A stretch of DNA of 63,898 nt, the filler included, from Choristocarpus tenellus KU-1152 (lineage: Eukaryota; Protista; Phaeophyceae), in NCBI GenBank assembly GCA_964200185.2. It is 9 parts of 9 records of this genome, joined end to end, with 100 filler letters (N's around TTAATTAATTAA, not from the genome) between each part and the next. Parts side by side here need not be neighbours in the genome. Positions count along the whole stretch, not along the records: positions 47,147 to 53,776 come from CAXNAD020007708.1; positions 53,877 to 57,532 come from CAXNAD020018688.1; positions 57,633 to 61,249 come from CAXNAD020018932.1; positions 61,350 to 63,898 come from CAXNAD020026862.1; 5 more parts are not named here. One strand, written 5' to 3'. Shown piece by piece: positions 49,768-63,683 of the stretch. The position numbers and the translations under genes are program-made. Every line of letters begins with the position of its first letter. The first letter of the stretch is position 1. The notes below the pieces were generated by a model. The model made no database searches. It was not told the origin of the DNA and saw only the letters and a list, made by a program, of their open reading frames with translations.

Positions 49768-51910
49768 GTGGGCACTGCTGTACCATACAGGTGTGTTTGG
49801 TGTTATAACTTGGAAAATGTTGTCGGCACCAAGTTATATTCATAGAGAGGTTGGGCAATGGGAGTTGTTCTACATCTCTAAGTTGAATCTTGATTGTTTT
49901 AAGACAAGGTTGCTAGTAAGGTTGAACTCACGGCCTTTAGCAGGAGTGATTGATCGGCAGACCTGGAGGTTTGAGCCCTTAAGAACCTAAGTATTGACGG
50001 CAGAGCACTAATCCTCTCTAAATCCTAGTGGTCTGATTTGGGGATGAATTTCCAAGTGTGTTGTTTGTAGCTCTTGTTGGGCTCATCATGTCACCAACAC
50101 AACCAACGTTCAGATTAAAAATATTGACTTCTTACTACAGAATGATGCATCATGTGTTTGCTTTGTGAAGTACTAGTAAAAGGTTACCACTATGCTACTT
50201 GAATCACCATCCCAAGTGCCTCCTGCAATCCCGCCCTTATCACAACACCCTGTAATCAGGAACATCACATTTTTTTCAGCGAAGCGCAACTGCAAAGGAC
50301 CCCATACAAGCTCCTCTCCTGTATGTTTTTGTTCAAGATGGTGTATTGAAGGCATTGGTGCGAGGTAAATTCTTTGTTGAGGCACATAGTAAAAGATGAG
50401 GTCAAGATCTCAATATGTTATCCATAGATCTCGTTGGTTACCAGACCTTCCCCCCATTTTTTTTTTATAGTGGTTTAGTGGTGTTTTTTTTGTCTTGAAC
50501 AGGTTAGCGTACCCTGTAGTACTATTGTTCAGATGTACTAGAGCATACTTACGTATATAATATTGGTTTGCGTGTACTTCTGATGTTGTTCTCATATTTG
50601 TCGCTGAATGTCATCTTTTTTATTGCTGGAGGTGTTACATATTGTAGATGAAAGAGATGGGTACTTACTGCGTAGCCCTGGCTTACATGGTATGGACTTT
50701 GTGACAAGTGAAGGTTTCACTGACATTAACAGAGGCAGAGAAAATAGAGGTGTACTCTAGTGGTTCCGTAATTTATTGTAGAAGAGGTTGCTGTAGATGT
50801 GTCAATTGTGGTCATAGTCATCTTATATAACCCCTGTGCCGGCCTAATTTGACATGCCTTCTTAACCAAAGTTCTTTCTTATTGCCAAGAGCACAGTATG
50901 AGGCATGTGGCAAAGGCCTCGCTTCCTGTGTGTGCCAACTCAAATCCTGCATTTGTTCATCGCCTGTAGTCCTGCATCAAGCCCTCAACTGTATTTCCCT
51001 GCTCTTCCACAACTTGTATTCACTCTTAGACCAGAACAATGTTTTTGTCGTTAGGGGGAGTTATTAGCCTTGATGATGTGGCCTTCTAATGCCTTCGTCA
51101 ACTCAACTTTAAAGCTTTTCCCTTTCTCCTATAAACAGAAATTTCTGAATCCTGTGTGAGATATTGATACATTCCTTCCTGGCAAGGAGAGGAGTCAAGT
51201 AATGGTCAATTTGGGCTGTGTCAATCGTGCATGTGTCCTATATGTGGTGCTATTGGTGATGTTGGTTAGAGGGAGAGTGTGCTCGTCTGCCAGAAATGCT
51301 ATTTTACTACAATATGTGTTGATATGTGTAGTATTATCTTCACTCGTCTTTTCGTAATGAGGTCTATATTACCACTTTACTATTACTGCTTTTAGTAGCA
51401 CTACCTTTTCAGTTGTAAAAGCCATAAAATGATGGCAACAACAACAACAACAACAGTTATGAAAACAAGAAGAATTTGGAAAGGTCATCAACTGCTCGTG
51501 GAGATTATCTGTCTGGTGGTGGTTCCTACTGCCATTGCTGCCATAATTACTACATTATTGACTACAGTTGCTTGTCATTGTCATTCATGTATCATTATTG
51601 TCATTTTTAGTTTGTTGTTAGGAGTACTAGGACGCGTGTAACAAACATAATAATTATTGACAAGAAGTCTATCAATCGTAAGCCTCCATCACAAAGGAAA
51701 AAGATCGAACCAGGAGAATGGTGATCATGGTTATGTCGATAAGGTATTATGTCGTGTATGTCACACACATTATACAATATTGTACTATACATATTTCAAA
51801 CATACATTTCAAGGTAAATATTGTTACCATGTTTTGTTCCGGCGATAAAAGCAATGATACTGCTTGTTGCGGTAAATGAAGGCCAATAGTAGTACTACTA
51901 GTAGTAGTGG

Positions 51911-52068
51911 TTTAGGCCAATTTTTGCATCTTGCGTAATTCATCTTTATTTCTACGGGTGTACTATTTTGACAGAATTCAGAAAATTCTCCATGCTCATT
52001 TGTACACCAAGCCGGATTTTGCACATATTTGTCAGCATCCTTTAAATGCAACTCGTTTGCTTTGATTC
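51911..52068. mobile_element. MITE family B, degenerate partial copy
   Basis: GAATTCAGAAAATTCTCCATG...TTTGCACATATTTGTCAGCATCCTTTAAATGCAACTCGTTTGC aligns with 1965-2064. Confidence 0.7.
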
Positions 52069-53375
52069 AGTTGTGGTAGTAGTATTGACATTTTTCCATG
52101 ATTACCCTTTGTGCCTATACAAGACACACACAGACAGCTTATTCATTGACGAACCTCCCAAAACAGATTTATATTGTTGAGACCCACACACAACCGCATG
52201 ATTTATTTTTAATAGCTATGCTTGTTGTGTCATTTGTTTCTTCGCCAATACCATGAGGCTGAAGTGTGAATGATACATCTTGATCTTCACCTGAGGAAAA
52301 TATTTTGCAGTTGTTGAAAGGGTTTGGGTTGAGAGCACAGTCATAAATTGGGGTAGGGTAGAATTTGGGATCAGCTTATCTTGGAAGGAAGAGGGAAGCT
52401 TCCCTTAGTTTGTAGTATGATTACGATGTTCCGATGCTTTTTGAAAGGTGATATGGTGTTCGTTCCTACGCTAATGGGCTCTTTCCCGCAACACCCTGCT
52501 GGAGGCAGGGTTGGCTCATTCGTTGTACAGTACATTTCAAACAATAAAAAAATCTGTGACACAGTATCAAATGAGCAGAAGGGCTTGAAATTACATGTAT
52601 CTCTATATAAGTACAGCTGTTACATCTCTCTTTCTCATTGTATCTATGAACTTCAGTTGCCAGCAGGATGTATACCCAGCAAATGAATATCAGAACTAGG
52701 TAGATGCTTTTTACGCATTTGTTCTTTTTCATAGTAGTGGTAGTAATAGATAGCGGGATGCACAACCTACTGCTCGTCCTGCGACAAAGTATATTTTTGT
52801 AGCACGTTTGTTTTCCAAATCCAAAGTACTTGGCCGTGGGATGTATGGCCTGGAAGGAAAAAACAGCTAACAAGTGGTCACACAACAACAATAGGAATGT
52901 GTAACCTGGAATGTAATTTACAAGAAAGGAGAGTTTCGTTTTCAGACTTCTATCTATGGATAAGTCTTTGCAGCCATTGTGTAAGAGTGAAATGAGATAG
53001 CGGGGAGTGTAGGTGGTCTCCATGTACTACCACCTGGCGTAAACGCATGCAAAGTAAATGACGATTTACTGTGCCCTAGCAACAGGCTGTACCTACCTAT
53101 AGCCATAGTAGACATCCGCCTTCATTTGCAAACTCGGATCTTGGTAGTTGAAGATTTACCAAGCCCAAACACCAGTTTATATGAAATACAACGGTTCAAT
53201 TGACTTCTCCTTGATTATCTACATGCAAAGTATATACTACTGAACAGCCTTCCTTGATTCTGTATTGTTCGTTCCAAAGAGCCGAGGCTTGCCCTGCATC
53301 TTGTTGTCCCTCAACACTCTACATACATACAAGGATTTTCACCTACTTCTGTACAACCTGTTGTTGTACAATTAT

Positions 53376-53776
53376 AATATATATATATTTATTATGCCCT
53401 GTGACATTTGGAGATAACATATCCTTTCTTAAGACTTTTTGTTTGGAAATTGTTACACCTTGTTTTTATTTTATTATATTGGGCTCTTACAATTTGCAGA
53501 TGTGTCAGAGGGAAAACCAATGAAAACTATTCACATGTCAGTATAATCCCTAAAGAAGTAAAATATATCACAAATGTGAGAAGCACTATTCTATTTGTTA
53601 TTTTACTATGTTAGACCACTGCCTTCCTGTGCCTCCAATCAACCTATTCCTGCACCCCAGGGTGAGGAGCTAGGGAAGCATCCCAAGAAATTTATATTAT
53701 TATGCCCTCTGACATTTTGCAGATGTGTAAGGGGGGAAACCAATGAAAACTATATATATAAATGTCGCTATTAGCC
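53376..53776 (-). mobile_element. Two tandem 5'-truncated copies of the same LINE 3' UTR
   Basis: 53490-53690 aligns with 25890-26100 (GGAAA(A)CCAATGAAAAC...CCCCAGGG.GAGGAGCTAGGGA.GCATCCCAAGAA). The terminus TATTATGCCCT.TGACATTT recurs at ~53390 and ~53698. Confidence 0.75.
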
Positions 53777-54244
53777 NNNNNNNNNNNNNNNNNNNNNNNN
53801 NNNNNNNNNNNNNNNNNNNNTTAATTAATTAANNNNNNNNNNNNNNNNNNNNNNNNNNNNNNNNNNNNNNNNNNNNATCTACCAAAGTTTTCAATTAAGG
53901 TGTATAGGGGGGGGGGGGGACTCATGTTTTGTTGTAATACTTCATGGCGATCGCCCGTCAATTAGGGATTGTTGATTTTAAGCAGGTTAATTTTTATTGC
54001 AAAGTAATTTTTCAGTTAATGGTACATCCCATTGTAATCAATGTTGTTTTCTCATATCTCACTAGCAGCATATCTCACTAGCAGTCGACGGTAATTATAC
54101 TGTTTGACTGAAGTAATACTCTAATTAGTATTTCCATCTGTTATAACCATTTTGAGCAATGCAGTAGTGTGTGTAAGCCCACTTTTTTTTTTTGGCGTCA
54201 TTGTGTGTACTTGTATGTACTTGTTTGTACTTGTATGTACTCAG

Positions 54245-56926
54245 GTGTGATGCAAAGTACCACCTCAAGTGCCTAGGACTGAAGACGGTCCCAGATGGGG
54301 ACTGGTTCTGCGCCGGCTGTATCGAGGAACGAAGGCCGACTTCTTCTGCCCTTGTAACTGCTGGTGCTTTCTACAACTCTCGGGCTAGAGAAGGATTTTC
54401 GGTCACTGGGGCAGGGGGGGGGGTGGGAGGGGGGTTTGTAGGGTGGGCCATGATGACTCAGAGTGGAAGTGAGGTGCCTCCATATTTGAGTCTGCCGCTC
54501 GATCCAGGCAAGGAATGAGTGTGTTTTGCTTTACAGATAGTGGTGAGGACTCTTTTCTTGAGACTTTCATGTTGTAGACTTGTGCTCATGTTATGGAATG
54601 AAGTATGTAGGTGTGGTTAGTAACTTTTGTTTGTGTTTGTGTGTGTGTGTGTGTGTGACAAGGTGGAAGAGCTCCTTTCTGCCTGTGTGACCTTTCTTGA
54701 TGATGCTGTAGTGTATTCAGCAGGTATGGCACCTGATTGTGATTATATAGTGCTTCCAAGACACACCCACGGTTATTCTGGAAAGTGCTCCTAAATATTC
54801 CCTCTGTCCCATAAAGTCTGTGCCTTTATGCATGTACCTCTTCGGGATGACCTACGATTTAAAAAACGGATTTTTTTCGTTGGATTCCTGGGAACATTTT
54901 ACGTGAAAGGAGTTATATTTTAGGAGTATAGGAAGGTCTGGACCATGTTGAAACATAGGCTACTCATCTTTTGTGTTTTGGAATGTGATACTCTCCGTAT
55001 GATCATGTGCAAGTTGTATAACAATGGTAAAAGTGCTGACAAGAGGCTTGACTTCTCTTTAGTTCTCTTCTAATACGTCCAACGAAGCTCAGGGGTGATG
55101 TGCTGTTGGGAGTAAGGACCCGTTTGTGGTGCACACATACACATGTATTTACATATTTTGTGCGTGTAAAGGTTGTATTGAAGGCAAACTTAACAAACGT
55201 AAGGATGAGAACTGGCTTGTACCATGCTTGCATCATTTCCTTGGATTAAGTCCGTATAGCACCTCCTATGTGCCATCTCTACAGCAGTAGACCATCTTAA
55301 CACTATGTGCACTAATATATATATATATATATATACATATGATACTCTGGTGTGGATGGGTCTTGATGTGTGACTGCCCCTGCCCTTAGTGGTGTTATTT
55401 GCATACCTCAATTTTTTTTTTAATGGAACCAATGGAAAATTCCCGCATTCCAGTGTCTCAAAATTTGGCAGTCGGAGGAGTGGTATAACACTTTGAATTG
55501 ACCCCCAACAGTACAAGTACCTGTACATACACGAGCATTATTATTTTTTTCTTATTGTACCATACCGTCAACTACGTCGAAACCCTATTTTGAAGCACTG
55601 TGTGCCTCCCCTTTTTTATGTTTGTGTCCATGTTCATTTGTGTGTGTGTGTGTTTTCCAGAACTCTCTACCAGGGCAAGACAACTGCATGAGATCAATCC
55701 TGAGTTCTGTTCCGTTTTAGAGGCGTTGAAGGAACTAGGGGAGGATCGTAGGGGGGCTGAGGGATGGCTTAAGATACTCACAGCGTTGGTTCAGGTGTGT
55801 GTGTGTAATGTGTGTGTCTTGAATTTGCATGGTCTCAAAGGTTTATTTTTACTTATAGGGTGGAAGTGAGAGTGGTAGTACTTTGCTGTCCTCTGGTTGA
55901 GAGCCTTGGAGGGAGGTAAGGAGTTAGTAGGTATCATTTTGTTGTTATTTTTTGTGAGATTCTACTTTTGAAATCAAGGGAGTGCATGATATTTTGCACT
56001 TGCTGTTGAGATGTTTGTACTTTTTTTATTGAAGCGGATTGAAATCGAGTTAGGTAAGAGATCAGTAGGTACATTTATGGTGATTTTTTATGGGATTAAT
56101 TTTTTAAAAATTCGAGGATTTTTCATACTTGATGGAGATGGGTGTATTGTGCGTCCAGTGGGTTTCTATATAGGAAAATATATATATATATTAATAGCTT
56201 TATGGGAGATGGAAAGCTGCAAATTGGTATATTTCTTTTTTTCAGAGAGTACGTCAAAACAGTTTTTGTAACTAATTTTTTTTTGTAACTCAGGATTGGT
56301 GCAGAACTTGAATAAAAGATGAAGGGAAAAATACGAACTAGTGATTATGCCAATAGTTGTTTTAGTTTGAAAGCCCCCCCACCCCCACATAACTCTGCCT
56401 GTATACCGGCTCTACTGCGGTGTACTATTAACGATAAGATGAATAGTTCATGCTTCAAACAAGCACTCCTTTTCACTTCCAAAAATGAAAATGAAACAAA
56501 AGGTGTGGTGCAGCACATCGGAGGCGGTATCCAAGGAAATTCTCTCTTTAGACACGAAGGCCAGTCACATCCTTAGGGCAGCTCTTGTGGCAGAAGCACC
56601 ATTCTTAGCTGGGGCTGGGGCTGGTGTGGGCGTAGCTCTCGCTGCTGGGCATCAGCTCTCAAGGGGATTCTCAGCTGGAGCTGTTCTGACCTTGCCACCG
56701 GAGTTTGTTCTTCCACCAAGGGAGGAGGGAGAAGATGGTGCTAGAGCTGGCTCTGTGGCATTGGATGCTGGAAGCAGAGTTGGAGGGGATCAGGGGGAGG
56801 GGGAGGGGGGGGAGGGGGGAAGTGTTGGCGGCAGCAGCAGTGTTAGGGGTGGTTCAGTGGCAGGTGGTTTTGAGGGCGAGGAAGAGGAAGAAGAGGAGGA
56901 GGAGCTTATGTTTTCAGATGCAGAGG
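54245..56926 (+). CDS. PHD-finger chromatin protein, internal exons
   Basis: Exon 54245-54473 encodes the second half of a PHD finger (CDAKYHLKCLGLKTVPDGDWFCAGC). Further phase-consistent exons are 54663-54723, 55661-55794 (GWLKILTALVQ) and 56503-56926 (Gly-rich and poly-Glu). Both ends are cut by gaps. Confidence 0.8.
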
Positions 56927-58822
56927 GTGAGTGGGTGACTAATGCAGTGATCTTTTGTGGGGGAGAGGGGGGTTATATTGGATCATGATGAGGGGTGCTT
57001 CTGGTCTTGCAGATGAGGTTGTGATCATCGTACTACGTGGCACAGTATTGTGGGCCTTTGGTATTTATTTATTTTTGTACAGAAAGGAAGCGAATGCTTA
57101 CTTGGGAGATACCATATCATTATAATAGTTGATTGCCTGAGGAAATGAGGATTCCAGCTGTAATACTTGAGAAAGTGGGTCATCGATGCAGGGGGGGGGT
57201 GTTTCCTTGTAGGCGTAGAGAGAGGAACCTAGAAGTTGGTACTGATATTTTTACTTGATGTACTGATGTCTGAGAATTATTTTGTCATTGTGTCAGGAAG
57301 CAGCTAGGATGGCTGCATCTCTTTGTTTTGCCCTCACTCCCACCCCCCCCACCCCCACCCCTTCTCCCCATACTTGGGATATCATTAAATTTTGAGGACA
57401 AGGGTATCTAGAAGAGAGTATGTCTTTTTCCATGTCAATACTGAGAGAGGCCAACTGCCCCCCCCCCCCATCCACTGCCTATCCTTGATCCTCCTTTACG
57501 GCTAATCATGTGCAACAACTGGACATCTCCACNNNNNNNNNNNNNNNNNNNNNNNNNNNNNNNNNNNNNNNNNNNNTTAATTAATTAANNNNNNNNNNNN
57601 NNNNNNNNNNNNNNNNNNNNNNNNNNNNNNNNTGAGAGTCATGAGAGCCAACATTCCTGTCAATCTTAAGGAGGAAGGGGGACTGTCCAGAGTAATTGTG
57701 GAGAGGTTCTTCAGGATGAGTATTGCTTACCACCTGATATACTCCAATGAGAAAGGCATGGAGTGCACCAAATTGGACAGGGTGCACAAGACATTTAAGT
57801 CTCACAAGAGGCCTCCACCTTCAGAATTCCTCATATGACTTGGGATGGATTGTCTGGTTCAGATGCCCAGACCCCCATTAGTGAGCCTTAGTTCAGCAGG
57901 TGACAATATTGTATAAACGGGAAATAATGGAAAGAGAATGGAGAGACAACAACGTGCATGTTTTCTGGGTGAAGATGGCCTCTTCAGGCGTGAAAATCGT
58001 CCTTAAATGCACGTGCGCGCGCACTGTGTGGCACCACCGCGCGCAAGGAATACTAGAATTAAGTATGATCCTGTATTTCTCACGATTACTGTAAGTTGAC
58101 CAACCGAAACCCATCAAATAAGGTTGAGCATGATTATGCGATTACAACAAACTAATTTTCATGAAAAAATTCGATGTTGATCAAAAGTTATGGCACGACA
58201 AAGTTGACGAGGATTCGACTGCCAACACTGTTGTGTTTATTACCTTTAAGGGTTCATAATCCTCACTAGGCAAATGATGACACCTTACAAGCAATCAAGG
58301 TGAAGACAAGAAGCCAAATCTTTAAGTTCCAACACCTCCTTTATCATTCATATCTCACACACACTTATTGAGTAGAGCACAAGGAGTAGTAACAAGTCAC
58401 ACCACCTTTTCTCGGTGTTGAGATGGATCCCACCCTTTGGTGGGGCGGGAACTCGGCTTGGTGTAACACTGGTATGGGCTTAAAAAATCACCAAATAACA
58501 AAGAAGAGGCAGAGGAGATCAGCATAGTGTCTCTGAAAGAATGTCGGTGTATCTGTGCTGCTACCACCATTCAACTGGGCATATATCAATAGACCCAGAG
58601 ACCTCCACATACCCATAGACAACTGAGCAGTTTGCTTGAAAGTCTCGCTTGCTATAACCGCACTTACATCATACTAGTATCTACCAGTGACACACAACAA
58701 AAGTGCTCAAGAAAACGATCAGTGTGTTGTGATGTGCTCCTGTTACTCGTTGATACAGATTGAAATTTTCGAACCTACCGAACCTCCAACTCTCACTAAC
58801 ATGTTTTAAAAATGGTGATCAG

Positions 58823-59111
58823 TGCAAGGTGTTACATGAAGTCATAAGGTATACCTTCTCAAACACCTTTTACCTCTTCGAACAAACATCATTTTATGGT
58901 GGCATCGTTTACAGTGCAAATAAAATTGATGAAAAAGGACGTTACTATTACTATAACTAAGTTTTGTTGATTGAAGTCCTCCTAAAATACATCAACAAAA
59001 ACCTTTCGGTAAATGCTATCTTTTTCAGTCCTTGCAAAACATTGATGTGTGAAAAATTAACTTACAAAAAGGTGTTCGAAAAGGTTCTTTCACAAACCCT
59101 GACACCTTGCA
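58823..59111. mobile_element. ~290-bp foldback element with ~50-bp imperfect TIRs (MITE candidate)
   Basis: TGCAAGGTGT...ACCTTCTCAAACACCTTTT at the left end pairs with AAAAGGTGTTCGAAAAGGT...ACACCTTGCA at the right end. Confidence 0.55.
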
Positions 59112-59559
59112 AAAGGTACCTGGACAGTTGGGGGGTCCATCCATTGTTGCAGGTAGTTGGATGGACTAACAGAGGTCATTGCCAGTTGATGCGTAATATC
59201 ATTTCTTGTAGAAACTACCGCTCACGTTGAAAGCATTGATACTCGTGAACCAGAGGTAAACGGTGCAATGCTCAAGAAGAAAGACACCTCATACATACGA
59301 TCGATTGGAATATGGACAAAAAGGTATCATAGTAGTAGTAATGTGGAAGGCCTGTAAGTGAGTGAACTAGGTAATCCCAACAATAGTAAACTAGGGGTGA
59401 ACCTTGATAGCCCTGACATGGGTCAGGGTAGTCTAAGGTATTAAAACTTTACATTAAAAAAATTAGCCAAATGATAGTATTTCTTGTGCATCAAAAATCA
59501 TGCACAGACAACACAATTGAAGTGTTCCATAGCAATTATCAAAAGGTTCGCTTCATTAA

Positions 59560-59940
59560 GAAACAATGTATAAATAGCCCTGGCCAATTCTATGAGCATC
59601 CTTGCGGTTCACTGGTTGAAGAAATTGTTCCTTGCATGGATTGACCCCCATCAACAACAGAAGTCTTTTTATGGAAACCTGGTTTCAATTCTCCAAAAAG
59701 TTCATCCATGTGGAGTGAACACTCGACTACCCTATCTCCCACAATACCACAAAAACGCTGGACCAAGAACGAGGTGGCAAGACTTTGCCGTCATGCAGAG
59801 GTGGGTCCAGCAGAAGATTCGGTTGAGAGAGGAGGCTGAGTGAAGAGTGGTGGGGTGTCTCAATGCAACATGCAAGAAGCAAGGAATGAACACAGTAAAA
59901 TTAGTGGTAGTGCAGAGTTCAGCTCCACAGACCACAGGTT
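59560..59940 (-). mobile_element. Highly decayed RTE-like LINE fragment
   Basis: Weak resemblance to the RTE YG.E.W region and downstream sequence, with many frameshifts. Confidence 0.3.
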
Positions 59941-62656
59941 GGGATACTCGTCAGATTGAAGTGAATATAACTATTATTTTATTATTTATTCCATCATCGT
60001 ACTGAGTGGCAGACCAAAGTAATGCTAACCCCAACACTCTCAACGATGCTATCAATACTAATATTTTCTGGTGTAGTAGGAATACCATAATTTGTACTGC
60101 CATAGCATTCACGAAACTTAACCGTACCTGACAAAGGTGATTGATATTATTGAGGAGTTGAAATGAGCAAAATACATCAATACCTATGAGAGAATGATAG
60201 CTGCAAGAAGGAAACAAACTGAATTATCATACATTTGATCTCACCCTGTGCTTTGCACACGATGAGTTGTTAAAAAAAAATACCGCCAATCATATGTATA
60301 GTATTGTGTCAAAATAAGAAAATTGGCGCACAATCAAAGAACAGGAGAAACTTCAATCTCTCGCCTCCACCCCAGCATGATCTCTACATCCACCACAACA
60401 TACATTCGTTGTCCCCATTTCAAACAAATGCAAGGAAGAACATACATTACTGCACAAAATACAAAAACACATGTAGTAAAACAAGCATTGCTGTGTGGCA
60501 ACAACGCATATACATAAATAAACTACCACATAAACCAAACCTTGCACACAATCAACAGCCACATGCTCCTTCATTTGATCTTCATGACACACACAATTGC
60601 AGCGATACCTGCTTGTTCATGTGGTAACTTAATCTCCATGCCACAAGCTTGTGAGTAGTTCAGCTCAATGAACCAAAGTCACCCACCCTCAACCTCGAGG
60701 TGAGACCTTGCTCACAACTCTGTAAAAAAGAACACTCCCTCTCCTCAGTCTCCATGGAAAAGAACACGCAGCCACCAATGCGAAACAAATCTTACAAATT
60801 ATTCTCTGCTTCATGAGGACGTGACAACAACCACTTCACTCTTACATTTCAGCCAAATTAAGAGTTTAGGCCATGTTTGCTCAATATCGGAACATTCACC
60901 AACAGCGGAACATACTACAATAGTGACTGCTGCTTCAAACAAAAATAAATAGAAGGCGAACAGGGGCTCATATTCCATGACTTGAACCTTACATCAACAA
61001 TGTTGAGAAACAAGAGCATCAAGGGCATCCAACTACCAACGCGCACGACATACCCACTAAAACAAAATTACAAACATGAAGAATAATTATAGACTCTCAG
61101 ATCGTACATAGAACCTGAGCTGAGCTACAATCCCCTTATTTAAACCAACATAAAGAAAATGCTACCCAAGCACCCCCAACCTCCCCCCCCCCCCCCCTGG
61201 CAACATCAGGACACATGCATACATAACATATAACAACCCAATAGTACAGNNNNNNNNNNNNNNNNNNNNNNNNNNNNNNNNNNNNNNNNNNNNTTAATTA
61301 ATTAANNNNNNNNNNNNNNNNNNNNNNNNNNNNNNNNNNNNNNNNNNNNCCCCCCAGATACTTTGAGGCTGAGTCACTTCTTGTAGGGGTACAGGCTGAT
61401 TGTTGTCTGATTTCGCAAGTATAGCCATGTCCTTGTTCATTCCCTTCATCAAGTCTGCTACCTTTTGGAGGAGAGCCTGTTGGTTATTTTCAACAGTTGA
61501 GTTGGTATTTTCTCCTCTCCATTCCCCTTTTCTTCTTTTCTCTCCCCTTCCTTTCCCTCAAAGTTCTTGAGTTCTCCTTCTCTTATATTGCTTGCTCCAT
61601 CCCCTCCCGGACTTGACTATCCGATAGCTCTGTTTTCTAAAGGGCTTCGTCTCTGGATCCCTTGACCTGTTCCACCCCTCTGCTATTACTTCCTTCTCCC
61701 TTCCCCCATTCAGTCTTTGGTCGTCCCAGCAGGTCCTCCCAACAAAAAGGGCGGGATGCCATCTCTCACTTCCCATATTCTGCCATGTCAGTTCAGAGAT
61801 TGCCCAGAAGTTGCCTTGATCCTGCTGCCTTTCTCCTTCTTCCCCAATCTTTGACTTTGACATTTCAATTTGTTTTCTCATCCTCAGCTATTTTACTTCT
61901 TCCACTAATTTCTCATTCACTTCTCGATTACCCAGTCTGCTTTCAGCCCATCCAATCTTTAACCATTCATCTACCATCCCAATTTTTTTCTTCTTGTCCC
62001 GATGTCATCTGGATTCCTTGTGTACCTCGGCGAATTCTCACTCTCACAAAACTCACACTACTTCATAAGCAATCCCATTAAAGGTATATTTTGGATCTGG
62101 TTATAACTGAGTCGCTTGATGGGTCGTACTTTCAACTATTACAGAGGGAAGTTAGTAGTAAAGATTTTTACCGCACTTTCCAAAATTCATATATATATAT
62201 ATATGTATATATTGTTCAATTGGTCAGGTCAAATTGGTACCACCTCATTCTATGTATAGTGTTTACTTGTGATTATGAAATCGTGTGAAAAGATTTGACC
62301 TTCAAGTTGGTGAAACAGTTGATCCCTGTATGAATTGCGTGATTCTGTGGACACCGTGACTGAGTGGTTAAGGTACAAGTTTGCTGAGTTTGTATGATTC
62401 GCACACTTTAGTTGAATCTCACCGGTATCAACAACATGAATCGTGCGATTCTGTGGCGGCGTGTTTCGCTCAGACAAGGGTGGTGAAGATAATTATCAGG
62501 CAGGACGGACTAGATGGACCAACATGAATCATAACCGACAGGACGAGGTTAATGCTGGGCAAGTGCAAAACTGTAAGGACTTGGTCAAATCAGTGGAGAC
62601 TGACTGACTGACTGAGGATCTTGTGAGAGGGGATCTTTGATAATTGACAACTCTGA

Positions 62657-63683
62657 ATGAAGAGCAATCGATATCTGCGGAACTGGTCTCTTGAAGAGGT
62701 ACGTGCAAACATGATGGTGCCGCAAAACATGAGGGGAGGCAAGGAAAGACCAGGCAAGGACCTGCAAAGCAAAACAGTGAAGAAGAAATGGTTGGAGGAT
62801 GTCACCAGACATAATGCCCAAGAGGTTGGGGAAAAGCTGATGCCAAAGAGCATACGGAGAATCTAAAGTTGCTCGGTGGAGAGACTCTTTCTAATGGGCA
62901 GCAGGTGTACAGCTGATCCTGTATTACAAGTTTGTTACCTACAACCTTATCGACCAAACTGAGGTGGTGGAAGCTATCCGCCTAGCGGTGAGAGAGGATA
63001 CAGTATGGTTTTCAAAATATATAAACTTGGAAGGAGGGGAGACCATTTACGCCTTTGTGTCTGGGAAGGGCATTGTTGATGTGGACTCCAATAAGATGTT
63101 TAAACTCCTTCAATCACAAGTCGAAGTTTCGTCTCTAAAGGACACGCACTGTGAAATGCGGTCTTCTTCCGGGATTTGATGACCCGGGTAAGGACAAAGT
63201 TTGGGTAGAACTCTCAATGAGAGGTCTGGGTACCATTCTGAAGCGGTGGGATATAATTTGGACTCCACCTTACACGTGGAAGTATGCCCAAGTTCCAGTC
63301 CATACAGTTTTGGCAGGATAGGAAGCAGTTAATCTGGTTTTGCATGCAAAGAGGAGAATGGCTGATGAACAGAGAGACCATATAGTGCTGCGGTGGTACA
63401 GTGATCCTAACTGAGATTGGATTGAGGGTGAATGGAAACTAGTAGACTACGACAGGCTGGCTACCCCTGTCTAGAGGGAGGTGACAAAGTATATCAAAAC
63501 AGAATGCAAGATATTAGAGGGAGACATACTCCAGATGAATGTTCCAGATGAGCTGAAAGAAGAAGAGTTCATGACACAGATGGAAGCTGTAAAGGGGGGA
63601 GTGGATGCGAAGATTTTGCCGGATCATTAGGAGGTGGAGCTCATGGTGAAAGAGGGCAACAATGACATCGTCAAATTCGATTA
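62657..63683 (+). pseudogene. Decayed intronless ORF of unknown family (probably TE- or virus-derived)
   Basis: Protein-like reading frames at 62657-62866, 62964-63179 and 63181-63683. The last is ~165 codons broken only by isolated TAG/TGA stops. Confidence 0.4.

Noticed and set aside
50860-51140. Minus-strand peptide ...HMPHTVLLAIRKNF resembling a P2X7-C-terminal-like transposon accessory domain
   Set aside because: The match is too short and interrupted by stops to support.
9333-56926. Kinase/phosphatase/transporter neighbourhood as a functional signalling gene cluster
   Set aside because: The genes lie on different contigs joined by artificial linkers and belong to unrelated pathways, with no evidence of co-regulation.
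8791-61349. Recurrent palindromic TTAATTAATTAA between N runs (could be mistaken for a repeat array or recombination site)
   Set aside because: It is identical, always centred in a ~100-bp gap and gives stops in all six frames, so it is an artificial scaffolding linker.
7379-62086. TTAAAGGTA motif (7379, 17284, 58241 reverse, 62078) as Kolobok-like termini, including a possible 58001-58251 element
   Set aside because: A 9-mer in AT-rich DNA with no extended similarity between sites is too weak without a genome-wide search.
19970-63683. In-frame TGA/TAG codons as evidence of stop-codon reassignment or selenocysteine
   Set aside because: They occur only in TE-like or decayed sequences. The six host genes have uninterrupted exons under the standard code, so C>T decay is the simpler explanation.
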